Source of the DNA: Haliotis rufescens
Lineage: Eukaryota
Length of the DNA: 64,000 nucleotides
Assembly (NCBI RefSeq): GCF_023055435.1
Contig: NW_025963791.1
Location: forward strand, 23,808,001 to 23,872,000
Reading direction: 5' to 3'
The stretch's first letter is position 1; every line of letters begins with the position of its first letter. Of this stretch, positions 25,501 to 38,800 are shown in pieces. The notes under the pieces were generated by a model. That model ran no database searches, had not been told where the DNA came from, and saw only the letters and a list, made by a program, of their open reading frames with translations. The position numbers and the translations under genes are program-made.

Positions 25501-28500
25501 TACCTTCATTTCGGAAGTGACGTCACCAGCTCCAATATTTCACTATTAACTAAGCACAGAATTCCTCTACGATTTCTACGATTTAGATATATAAGACACT
25601 TGATAACGTGATGCTGCAAATGATTCTTATGTCTTCGACATAACATTTTACTTGGTTTATAGCACTGATCAGTGTTGGAATATATAATAATATATGATAT
25701 ATAAATGTCGTATGGAGTATACACTGTTTAAATCTTTCCGTTTCCTTCCTACTGGATTCAGTGCAATATTGTTTCAATGTGACTGCATTTACAGAGTGCG
25801 TATATGTCGTTCGTCCTCTACGCCCCATCACTGGCTCTAAATGCAGGTATGTTTTTCCTTTTGACTGCGAAAGGTCTCGTAAAGTCGTTTAAGGTTAAAA
25901 TAAGAAATAACCGAACCAAATTAATTAAAAATAAAACTCAATTAATAACGTGGTTAAAAGAGAGCTTCGTTTCGTAAATTACTGAATCTATTGATGGTTG
26001 TTGAAAGTAAGAGCATTCACAAAATTAAATAAACCAATTGAAACACTTCATTACTGAACAACATTCGCTATTAATATACGAACTAATTACCCATGCTTGT
26101 TCCCGTGCCATGTGGATTAATTTAATCATACATTGCAGCGTGAGTTGACCCGTTCGAACATATGTGTTGACGCTGTGTTGATTTTCTTTAAGTGACTGGA
26201 CTGGATCTATGGGGATCAGTGGTGGCTGTTGGAATCATTGTGACGCTATATACAGCTCTGGTAACTCATGTTTTGTTTGCGTTGTTAACATAGTGACAGC
26301 CCTATAATATAGTGATGCATGAGATGTAATTTGTCTGCCTATTCACATTGACCAGCATGTATGCATGGCCCTATAGGATATACTATCAGAACCATTACAA
26401 TTCATCGTGAATGAGTGACTTTGGTCTTTCAGTTTTATCACATCATGTCAGCTTAAAGTTGGAGTTATGATCTTGGAGATGGACGCTTTAGCTCACCTAG
26501 CCGGAAGGACAATGTAAGCTTTTGTCGGCACAAGACGTCCATCGTCATCGTCCACAACCAGTCTTCTCCGAAACTGCTTGATGGCTTCAGCTGAAATTGT
26601 GTGTGGATGTTTGTTACTGTAAGGGGCTTTGTTCAAGTCATCAACATTGGAAATTAAATTTGGACGCCAGATAGCCATCTTTAATTTGGAAAACTAGATT
26701 AAAAAATCTTCTCCAAGAGTTAGTGAGTGAGTGAGTGCGTATGGTCTTTATGCCGTTTTTAGCAATATTCCAGCAATATCACGGCGGGGGACACCAGAAA
26801 TGGGCTTCACACATTGTACCCATGTCGGGAATCGAACCCGGGTCTTCGGCGTGACGAGCTAACGCTTTAACCACTAGGCTACCCGACCGCCCTCTTCTCC
26901 AAGCGCCAGAGATCTGAAATTTGGTGGGTGAAATGGGCATCATATGCAGTTCCAAGTTTGTTATAGACATCTTGATCGGAAAAAAAAAAATTTCATTCCA
27001 TTTGTAAGTAAGGATAAGATTTATGGATGAACAACTTCTTTATTACAATTAAGAGAGACGTTTTGGTGTAGGTTCCAACACCGTTATCGAACAAGTGATA
27101 TACAGAGTATGGTTGACAAGTATATATACAGGTAGGAGGCAATGTTTACCCAGTAGAGTAGATAGCAGATGTACTTATACTGGATTGGAGAAGCCTATTT
27201 GTTCACAAAAGGGGGCAGTTAAGACATTACCGGCGAAGTCAGTAACATAAACAAAAGTGTAAAGACAGTAATATAGACAACAGGATGTAATAAAGAAGTT
27301 GTTCATCCATAAATCTTATCCTTACTTAGTACTCCAAATTCTAAATGCCTATCAAAGAAGTTATTTCATTTGTAACAACAACATATTACCATTTATTGAT
27401 ATATGAAACACAATTTATTGTTTGATAATTATTTTATACCATTAGAACCATTACAATTCACCGTGAATGAGTGACTTTGATCTTTCAGTTATATCACATC
27501 ATGTCACCTTAATGTGGGAGGAAGAGCGTCTGGTAGTTAGAGCGAAGGCCGTGGTTCGAGTCCCCTCATGGGTACAATGTGTGAAGACAAATCCCGGTAT
27601 CCTGATACTGCGACGTAAGCCCTGACACAAGGCAGACATACCTCAGTATTACTTTCAAAGGAATGTCAAACCAAACCCACAGTGACTCTTTGTGTGATTA
27701 GGGCAATCGAGTAGCTTAGTGGTTAAAGCGTTCGCTGGTCACGCAAAAGACCTGGGTTCGATTCCCAACATGGGTACAATGTGTAAAGCTGACTTCTGGT
27801 ATTGTTGTGGCATGTGTACAGCAACCAGGCCACAAATCAGGCGAAGTCAGGCACGTTGGTCGTGGAGAGAAGTTGGGTGGGCAGAATGTTTCCTGAGAGT
27901 TTCTAGGGCTTCTAGGTGCGCCTCAAACTGAAACACATGCTACACATGGTGGATTGATTTGGAACATTATCAATATGCACATAAATATTATATTAATCGG
28001 AAAGACCAATTTGTGTAGATTTATGGTACTGACAAAACGACATTCCTTAATGCCAGCTGCGGTTCTGTCACATCTACTTCATCATTCATCTCTGTGTTTC
28101 AGGGGGGAATGAAGGCTGTGTTGTGGACAGACACCTTCCAGGCTTTTGTCATATTAGCGGGGTTGTTGGCTGTTCTCATCCAGGGTTCCATCGTCATGGG
28201 TGGCTTCCAGAACGCCTGGGACATCGCCGGGAATAGATCAAGAATTTACTTCAATGAGTACGTATGGTTGATGGAACGACATCACTCTTCCCATGATCAT
28301 AACCAGTTGTTTGGATAATTAAACCGAGCTCCTCCTCATCTCGTGTATTGTCTTTGTTGCAGCTTCAGCTTTGACCCCACTACCCGCCACTCTTTCTGGT
28401 CGGTTGTTGTGGGCGGGTCCTTTCTCTGGATATCACTGTATGGAGTTAACCAGGCTCAAGTCCAAAGAGCCTTGTCTTGTCCGTCTGTATTTAAAGCCAA

Positions 28501-31500
28501 GATGTGAGTATGATGTAATACTCAATGTACATGATGAAAGCGCGCGCGTGCGTGTGTGCGTGTGTGTGTGTGTGTGTGTGTCATATATATACCTGTATAA
28601 GTACAATTATATACATATAAGTACATGCTCAGATTATACCTATTATTATTGTTTATTATTTCCCAATTGAAATGGTGCCAAAATAGAAGGCACCCGTTTT
28701 TTTTAATAATTAAAAGCCCATTGTGGGATTCCGATTATATCATAAGTTTATTAAACAGTGACGACACCAGGTTTTCCTAAATGGTGAGCGTATCCTGTCC
28801 CATCACTGGCACAAAGGCAAGTCAATTGTTCACCTGATAAGAAACACACGGGAACATACTGTACAAATCAAAATAAGGAATTACCCTGAACATGGTTACT
28901 GATGTTTCAAATTAGGAAATGCCCTCCTCGTGGCTACCATAAAAGCTTTACTAAGACCATGAATGGAGTAATTCTGATGAAACAACTCTTAATCAGTAGG
29001 CGCATTTGATCAACTGTCGTATGGCGCGCTTTGGTATGTACGTAGAAAGAGCATGCTCGAGTGTACTTCAAAAGTTGTAAAATGTGGACACCAAATGCTG
29101 GAGCTGCTGGAATATTGCTCGACACAAAGGGAAAATCTGGTGGATATTTGTTTGTCACTCTGAACTTCATTTACGAGATATCAAGCAAAGATAACACCCA
29201 CGTTATGACCATGAATCCATTGAATAAATACGTTAAAATGTGTAAAGTTAAAGGCTTGAAAATAATACATGTATTATTCAACATTGACGAGTCAGTTAAA
29301 CTTAAAATATCTGCATGAATATGATGTTAAAAGCGATGAACTGTGCTTCAGAATGCAATGTAAACAATTTATTAGATCGACTTGTGGGTGTATGTAAAAT
29401 CAACAAGACCCTTTTTAAAATCATAGAAAATATCTGCTAATAGCTGAGATCTAATATAATCCCCTCCAAAATGCAATAACAAAGTGATCTGTGGATATGT
29501 GCAATATGTCTCTTTAAATGTAAATTATCGATTAGTGATCGTAATGTTTCCTTGCTTTCTAAGGATATTATTTGTAAACCTGCCTGGCCTCATCCTCATA
29601 GTCAGCCTCTGCTGCATGATTGGCATCGTCATGTACGCCTTCTACGCCGACTGCCACCCCATCAAGTTCAACAACCTAATCAGCAAGTCAGATCAGGTAG
29701 GGCAAGTTTGGAGTTTAACAAATAGTACAATCAAACAAGAAGGAACATAACCTGAAACACCCTTACCCAGTCACACTGGTAAATGTCTTCCTTTAGCCTC
29801 TTCTGTAGCTCAGTGGTAATTTGTCAACACTTTATCTCCTCGCTCTGGTAATATGCCAGATCTTTATCTCGACACACTGGTAATATAATATGTCAGATCT
29901 TTATCTCGACACACTAGTAATTTAATATGCTAGCTCTTTATCTCGACACATTGGTAAATTATTATGACAGATCTTTATCTCGACACACTGGCAATTAAAT
30001 ATGCCAGATCCTTATCTCCACACACTGGTAATTTAATATGCTAGATCTTTATCTCAACACACTGGTAATTTAATATGCCAGATCTTTATCTCCACACGAT
30101 GGTAATTTAATATGCCAGATCTTTATCTCCACACACTGGTAATTTAATATGTCAGATGTTTATCCCCACCCGCTGATAATTTAATATGCCAGATCTTTAT
30201 CTCCACACGCTGGTGATTTAATATGCCAGATCTTTATCTCCACACGCTGGTAATTAAATATGCCAGATTCTTATCTCGACACACTGGTAATTTAATATGC
30301 CAGATCTTCATCTCCACACGATGGTTATTTAATATGCCAGATCTTTATCTCGACACACTGGTAATTTAATTTGCCAGACCTTTTCTCAACACACTGGTAA
30401 TTTATTATGCCAGATCTTTATCTCCACACGATGGTAATTTTATATGCCAGATCTTTATCTCCACACGCTGGTAATTTAATATGCAAGATCTTTATCTCCA
30501 CACGCTGGTAATTTAATATGCCAGATTCTTATCTCCACACACTGGTAATTTAATATGCCAGATCATTTTCTCAACACACTGGTAATTTAATATGTCAGAT
30601 CTTCATCTCCACACTATGGTTATTTAATATGCCAGATCTTTATCTCAACACGCTGATAATTTAATGTACCAGATCTTTATCTCGACTAGCTGGTTACACT
30701 ATATCTCTACAGACTAGCTTGTGATATGTCAAGCATGCATCTCCACACATCGGTAATATGTCAACTATTCATATCCACGCACTGGTAATATGTCAACTCT
30801 TAACCTCGACATACTAGTATTATATCCGATTTGTTTAATTCTATAAAATGGCTACCACCACGTTTCACTTTCATTGCCACAGCTCGGGGTTAACGACAGT
30901 CAGTTGTATTTAAAACCCACATATGTCACCAACCTCCACGTGCAAATGTCCTTATTCAGAAGCATGGGAAGGCAGTTAGAAGCTAGTTCAACAACATTGA
31001 AACATTCAATGATAACGCTGTTTGATATCTTATGCAAACGTCTCAACGACGCTCAATGTGCCACAATGCTCTTTTTGATAGTTTCAGTCACTTAGTGCGA
31101 CGCAAATGAAACTGTTCATCAAATATCCATAATCCAGTTACAGTCATGTCAATGCTACAGACACATTTACATTTAGATGTGATTATGATTCAGAGTTGGA
31201 CGTGAGTCGCAGGCATATTTCACTCGCTGGGTTATTCAGTTTGGCTGGTTATTCATATGATCAACACTATTTTGAACCAACGCTATACATCACGTTAGGG
31301 CAAAATAGATAGATTTATGAGAATGTACGCTCACGATAGAACACTTTCCTTAGAGATGTCATGTATTGAAATATATAAGGTCAACACGAGAGTATAATCG
31401 TTTATCTCATTTATCTGACTAAACTCATGCCATTGGGAGTAAAAGGCAGATTAGCGGTGAAAATAATAGGAATGGATCACTGAAAGTCAGTGGTGAGAAA

Positions 31501-32750
31501 GGCTGAGTGTATATTTATAACGCAAACACACAGTTATTATTTTTTAAATAAGCAGTGTCACATTAAATTACAAAATGTTTAAATCAAAATGATACATTTA
31601 ACATAATACGTTCTGGCTTAATTGTATAATTTGTATATTCAGCTCCTGCCCTTATATGTAATGGACATCTTGGGCCATATTCCCGGAATACCTGGAGTGT
31701 TTGTGTCGTGCATCTTCAGCGGAAGTTTGAGGTGATTCATTGTATTCCGACTTTTCATAATTCATAATTAATGTCACTGTTGCATGTACAGGCTAGACCG
31801 AAGTATTCACGGGATATAATGATTTAAATTTTTTTAGGCAGCTCAGATGATATTTAATTTATCAATTTTTTTATGATTATATATATATATCTATTTATTT
31901 ATTTATTATTATTTTTAAATTATTTTTTATATTATTATTATAATTATTTCACCATGGATACACTTGCATTTTAATGTGTCTCATAACCCTAATAAGGCTG
32001 GATGTACAAGCTTTTGTATTGAACACATATTATGTTAAAAGTTTTTACCATGACGGCTTGTGCTTGTGACACAGAAATAAACATTTCTCTCTTTAATCAC
32101 GGGTGGTCCAATCACTGTGGTGCGTCCCTCAGGCCTGCCAGAAACTTATGATCATGGAATCACAGATTCGCACAAGTTAAGTTAGCACATGAAAATAGAC
32201 AAACTTGACTCCGCACTGTCATCAAGTATCTCCAACTGAAATTGCTCTAGCAGACCTCCATGTGGTCATAATTTCAACTTCAGAGAATGATGTTGAGGAG
32301 TGGGTAGCGGTGTTCAAGAGGGAAGAAAGTGATTAAATCAGCAACCAATTCCATCCATCATAGTTAGGTTCAGAACGTTTCAGCCACCCTTCCTACATGA
32401 TAGGATTGCACTATCAGGAGAAATATCGCGATCGTCAGTTGGGCCAACTGCATGTGCCTTGCCTCTGCACATAGGGCACCTCTCGGCTGACACAAAGCAC
32501 CCTAATGTTAACTCTAAGAAAAATCAAAGTCAGGCTGTCAAAACTACTGCACACATTCACACTGTCGTGCTTCAGTGGCCAACTCGTCATCCTATAACTT
32601 CACTTACTTGGAGCTGAGCCGCACATGACCCTATGCCTCTAGCCAGGATCACATTTGTATGTATTGAGGGGACGAGAAGGTGAGGAGAGGTGAATTTGGG
32701 TTTAACGTCGCGTCCAGGATTATTGCACTTATATAGCGACGTGCATGCAC

Positions 32751-32802
<52 letters not shown>

Positions 32803-35800
32803 CTGCTTGTACTTGTCCAGACTGATGCCGATTTATAGTGCACGCTCACTGAGATACCATGCCGCAGTTTAACATGAATATCCCACTCAGACACAGTATA
32901 CTGACTCCGAGCCAACCAGTGCTTGTTTTAGCCCCTCAATGCCGAGCGCCAGACAGGGTAACAACAAGTACCATCTTTTAACGTCTTTCGAACCCCTGAC
33001 CTTCCGCTCTCCGGGCGGACGCTCTACCACTAGACCACGGAGGCGGTCGGGAAGAGAAGGTGGAGTAGGAGCAAATTGTGTAGATTGATGACTTGTATTG
33101 TCGTTTGTAACTAAGAACTGATGACTGTTGTTTACCATCGAGTGCATTATATTCAAAAATAGCATCTTCTTGTTTATGTTGTATTTCTAGAGAACGCCAC
33201 ACACGTGATCAATGATATTCTCTCAATGAGTGAGTAGTGACACATCGGCATAATGTCAATCTAACAATGGACAAGATTAATCAGATGTGATTTGAAACTT
33301 CAATATACATGTACACAATTGTCCTCGTTCAATCATTACATTACTTCATGTGCCATCATTTCTTCCTCTTTCCCTCCTCAGCACCATATCCTCCTCCATG
33401 AACGCTCTGGGCGCCATCATTCCCTGCGACCTCATCAAGCCATACTGCTGCCCCAACCTTTCTGATAGGTCCATGACCATTCTTTCGAAGGTCATAGGTA
33501 AGTAGACACCAACACATTTCTTTGGAACCGGAACAAGTAGTCTAACACTGAAATTCATATATTGGCTTGTTTGACGTACGCTCTAAGGCCATGCAATCAT
33601 CATCATCATCATCATCATCATGATGTAATTTACGGGCAAGTAGAATCAACATAGCAACTTTCCAGATTTTAATACTTTTGGGGAAACTTAATCACAAATG
33701 CTTGACAAAAATTCAATTTAAAAAAAATAACCGAAAATAGGCGAAATTGCCCCCCAAACGAAAAATTCCTTCGCTGAGGGGATTCCCTAACTGGTGTTAA
33801 AACGGGTGCCGTTTTTTTACGCGCTGCGCAATTTCAACGATCATAATGATCGGGCCGACGCCTAGTTTGCCTGCTTCTTCCTCGGAATGTTTTAATGTAT
33901 TACGTCTTTTTTCTGTCTGCTCATCCATTTGAGTACCGTGTCCATAACTTATGTCACCTTAGTAACAGCACTGAAGATGCCTTCAGTTGCTTAATCAGCG
34001 GATTAATCCCTGACAGCCATTTATTATGTTGAACGGGGCCGGGGGTAGCTGGTGTTTCATTACCCAAACGGGATGTTAGTAATAAAACGCTAACAAATGT
34101 TATATTTGTGATTTGGGACAAAACTCTCGTTAATTGTTATTTTCATTATTTCCATTGTCAAGATCAAGGGTCGTGCGAACAGGAAGTGCGAACAGGGTCA
34201 ATTGTGAACTGACAAGAGAGTAACGTCACATCAAACATTATGGCGTCATGACGTCCGAACTTGTATGTTTTTTATAAGACGGTGACTGGCCAGATGTATA
34301 TTTTAACCAATGATGATTTATCCTGATCCCAGTTTGTATTCAGACCGCCTCCGTGGTCTAGTGGTAGAGCGTCCACCCGGAGAGCGGAAGGTCCGGGGTT
34401 CGATCCCCGGCCGCGTCATACCAAATGGCGTTCAAAGATTATACTTGTTGTTACCCTGTCTGCGGCATGGTATCTCATTGGGCTAGCACTAAACAAATCG
34501 TTATCAGTCCGGACTAGTACAGGCAGCCACACAAACACACACACATACATACACGTCGCTATATAAGCGCAATAATCTTGAACGCGACGTTAAAGACCAT
34601 TTCACCTCACCTCACCAGTTCGTATTCATTTTAACTGCATGAGCAGCGTTTTCTTTCAATGATAGTCACACCAGTGCATACTCTTCGCCCAACTAGCTGA
34701 ATCTCGGCGTTCTAAAGGTTACCTCTGCGAGTCCGGAGACGCTAATGTGTTTTAAAGCCGTTATCATTATGCTCATAATCTGCCTTTGCTTCAATATACG
34801 TTCTAAACGGTTTTCGAACCCGTGGCCAGAGGTCATTCACCGTGACCCAGTCTCGTAAATCACAATCAGTGCTTAGAAATCTCCGCATGAAGTGTCCGGA
34901 CAAGCAGAGCATTCGGACACTTCGAGGGTGCTTATAATACGCCGGCCGACGGACGGGCAATGGACGGACGACCAAAGGACAACGCGTCCTTGAACCTGTG
35001 TTTCAGAGGGGCTATACCCATTCTATACAGAATCATAAGTATCGCTGACCTAGTCATCATCATTAGTGGCCAACGCGTTAGCACATCACACTAAGTCCCC
35101 ACAAGATTACACTGTTGGAAATCGACTTCTGGTATTGGATTGATATGGTCGAAATAGTTCTAATGGCGGCGTAAAACAGTACTCAGTCACTGACTATCTT
35201 TTTTTCAAGCATATTCAGATTCGGCCGATACTATTATGCTTGCGCTTTAGTTGGTTGGTCTGTTTGCTGTTTAACTCCGCACTCAGCAATAGTCGCCTCC
35301 TACGACAAGCATAGTCGCCTTTTACGGCAATCATGGGCTACACATGTATGCAATTTGTATAAGATAACATGCACCAACAGAGCCACCGAAACTGACCAAG
35401 CGACCACGTTAGTTGCCTCTTACGACAAGCATGGGTTGCTGAAGACCGCCGTCATATAGCTGGAATATTGCAGAGTGCCTCGTTAAACAACAAACTAAGA
35501 CACAAAGCATTGAAAAGGACGACAGAAAACTGTTCTCGTAGATGATCTCGATGCCACAAGTATGACCTATATTTAAGATTTGTTTGTTTGTTGTTTAACG
35601 CCGCACTCAGCAATATTCCAGCTATATGACGGCGGTCTGTTAATAATCGAGTGTAGACCAGACAATCCAGTGATTGACATCATGAGCATCGATCCACGCA
35701 ATTGGGATACGATGACATGCATCAACCAAGTCAGCGAGTCTGACCACCCGATCCCGTTAGTCGCCTCTTATGACAAGCATAGTCGCAATTTACGTCAAGC

Positions 35801-38800
35801 ATGGGTTCCTGAAGACCTATTCCTCCCCGGATCTTCACTTGTCCCTTGCAATTTATTAAAGTGCGCAAATTACAATATGGTTTATCATGTACAGTATCTA
35901 ATATTTACTTATATCCCAGGCATATGTCGTTGCTCTACCGGATACTTCTGCATTTGACAACACAAGTCTTTGGGTCCACAACATTTATTCTGATATCATG
36001 CAGCTCCATCATTATCATGAATTTAGTCTCCAGTTAGAATCTCCTAGGCCTAGGTCGGTCAACCTCTATGCTGTCAACAGCTACCAGGGTCAACACTCGA
36101 CTCACACAAAGCATTGTCCATTTTTTTCCAAATAGGCGAATCTCGATCAGAAAACCACGTGCCCCATTTGCGACACATGTATGGTCAGCCTGCGGTCTCT
36201 CGAACCTCATCCACAATGTCACGCTTCAGTGGCCAACCGGCCTTTGTCTAACTCTAATTACATGCAGCTGACCCATACATGACCCATACATGAACTCGCC
36301 ATTGAAATTAACAATTTAAATTGTGTTGTCCAGTTAAATAATATATGGCTATAAACCCAGAAAAATAAACGATTGTTCATTTCCGAAATTCCCAAGATCA
36401 AACTTCAAATTCAACTGTGGTGATATCAACATAGACGTCACCGACTGCTACCAATACCTGCGAGTTCTTTTAACAGAACACCTCGACTACAGTTTAATGG
36501 CGAAAGCAGCAACAAAATCAGCTGGCAGAGCCTTGGGCCTTTTAATTAGCAAATTCAAGTTACATGGCGGATTGCCTTTTAAGGTGTTTACTAAACTTTA
36601 TGATACAATGGTGTGGTCGATAGTTGTATACAGTGCTGCTCTGATGCCATATTTAAAGACTTCATACTCAGCTGGGAAAGAGATATTAGTAGAGACGTCT
36701 CAACCCGTGGTTCCGGAGGCAATAAACTCAAGTCGAATTATCAAACGGAACACTACCTGCAAGTCCCTTTGAAGATATCAGATGTTGGGTCGCGCCTATT
36801 CGAATAGAGACGGGTCATTACGAGGGTATGCCGAGCGATCAGAGATCTTGCTTCAACTGTGTCAATGAGATGCATGTCCTCCTGTTATGTCCAGTATACG
36901 AAGAAGAATGACGAGATACCCTAACCAAATGTCAACAAAACGCTAACTTTCAGTGTCTCAATATGCAAGAGAAGTTACACTATGTTTTAACTGACAAGGC
37001 CAAAACCTGCCAAAGTATCTTATTAAAGCGTCGTTGTATAAATAGTTTTATCCTTTTTATTGTGTATTTTAATGCTTGTTTACTGTTTATACATTGTCTT
37101 AACTATACGTATAAGTCTCTCACAAACTGCTGGGCGATTGGGCATGGTTTTATTTTTTATGTACTTCATACAATGTTCTATCAACTGTACCATGAGTGAG
37201 ACTTACATAAACAACTCTGTCTGTCTATATGCTAAGTATTTTGATGTATGCTAATGATATCGCCCTTGTTGCACTAGACGAGCATTCATTAAAACGAATG
37301 TTAGATTGTGTGGCAAACTGGTGTTTACTTGTAAACATTTAGAAAACTAAGGTTGTTCATTACCGTCCATGTTCTGTTAAAAGATCCGACTTTACCTTTT
37401 TGATTGGTTGTGAAGAGGTAGAAACTGCTCATGCTTACAAATATTTGGGATTTGGTTACATGAAAATCTTGACTTGAATTTTACTGCTAAAGAAATTGGT
37501 AAATCTGCTAATAGGGCACTTGGTGTCTTGATTTGTAAATTTAAGTCAGTTGGTTGTTTGGCTTATCACGTTTATAAAACTCCAGCCTATCATATCCAAT
37601 GGATCTGCAATTTGGGAGCCAAGGAATATAATTTACCTGTATTAATGCTATCCCGAACTGAACATGTAGATTCTTCTTAGCTGTCAGTAAAAGACCCCCA
37701 AATTGGCTGTCCGTGGTGTAATGGGCTCGATGTCAACAGTAACTAAACAAAGAATTGAGATTTACGCTTTTGGTGCAGATTGTATGCTTCATATTAGTCA
37801 AGAATAATAAGTGCCGTATGTAAATGGTCGGTTAACTTTCGTAAATCTTGGAATAATAATATTTACCCCTGCTCAATAGTTTGCAGTTACAAATTTCCGA
37901 TTTGTATAATATCTCATGTTTAGATTTCAACCTTGCCATGCACTTAGATAGTTACGATTGGCTGAATGATCTCGGGAATGACAGAGGTCTAGACAAGGGA
38001 AACAAGTTGCGTACAAATAGACTGTTCAAAGACACCTTGACTGTTGAAACAAATGTTTCTGCTAATATGAGCAGATCTCAACGCAATGTAATAAGTTGAG
38101 CTGCGGCACTCTGTCATTAGAAATAGGTGAGGTGAAATGGGGTTTAACGTTGCGTCCAAGATTATTGCACTTATATAGCGACGTTCATGCACGTGTGTGT
38201 GTGGCTGCTTGTACTAGTCCGGACTGATGCCGTTTTATAGTGCTAGCACACTGAGATACCATGCCGCAGTTTAACATGGATACCCTACTCAGACACAGTA
38301 TACTGACTCCGAGCCGACCAGTCCTTGTTTTAGCCCCTTAATGCCGAGCGCCAAACAGGGTAACAACAAGTACCATCTTTTAACGTCTTTTGGTATGACG
38401 CGGCCGGGTACACCTTCCGCTCTACGGGCGGACGCTCCACCACTAGACCACGGAGGCGGTCGCCATTAGAAATAGAATTCGATAGATTTACCCGCCCTAA
38501 AAAAACATTTCAGGACAGTATTTGTACACTGTAATATTAATGCCGTTGAAGATGAGATACATTTTCGTGCCGGGTGTAATCTCGTTTCAGATTTAAGGTA
38601 TGATGTATGGCAATTAGCATCCAGCTGAAACTAAACAAATATGCAGATGTCCCCTGCCGACCTGACCGTATTCTTAATGCGGAATGATAAGCTTGTTACA
38701 CCCCTAGCTGCCTAAGTACGGATAAAACAGATAGGTTTTGTTAAATCATTAATGTAAACATTTAGTGTTCTGATCACGGGATAACTATTACACCTTTATT

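Noticed and set aside
35580-35957. Recurrent short ORFs such as [17 protein letters not shown] and [17 protein letters not shown]
   Set aside because: These are translations of delta repeat copies, not a protein family.
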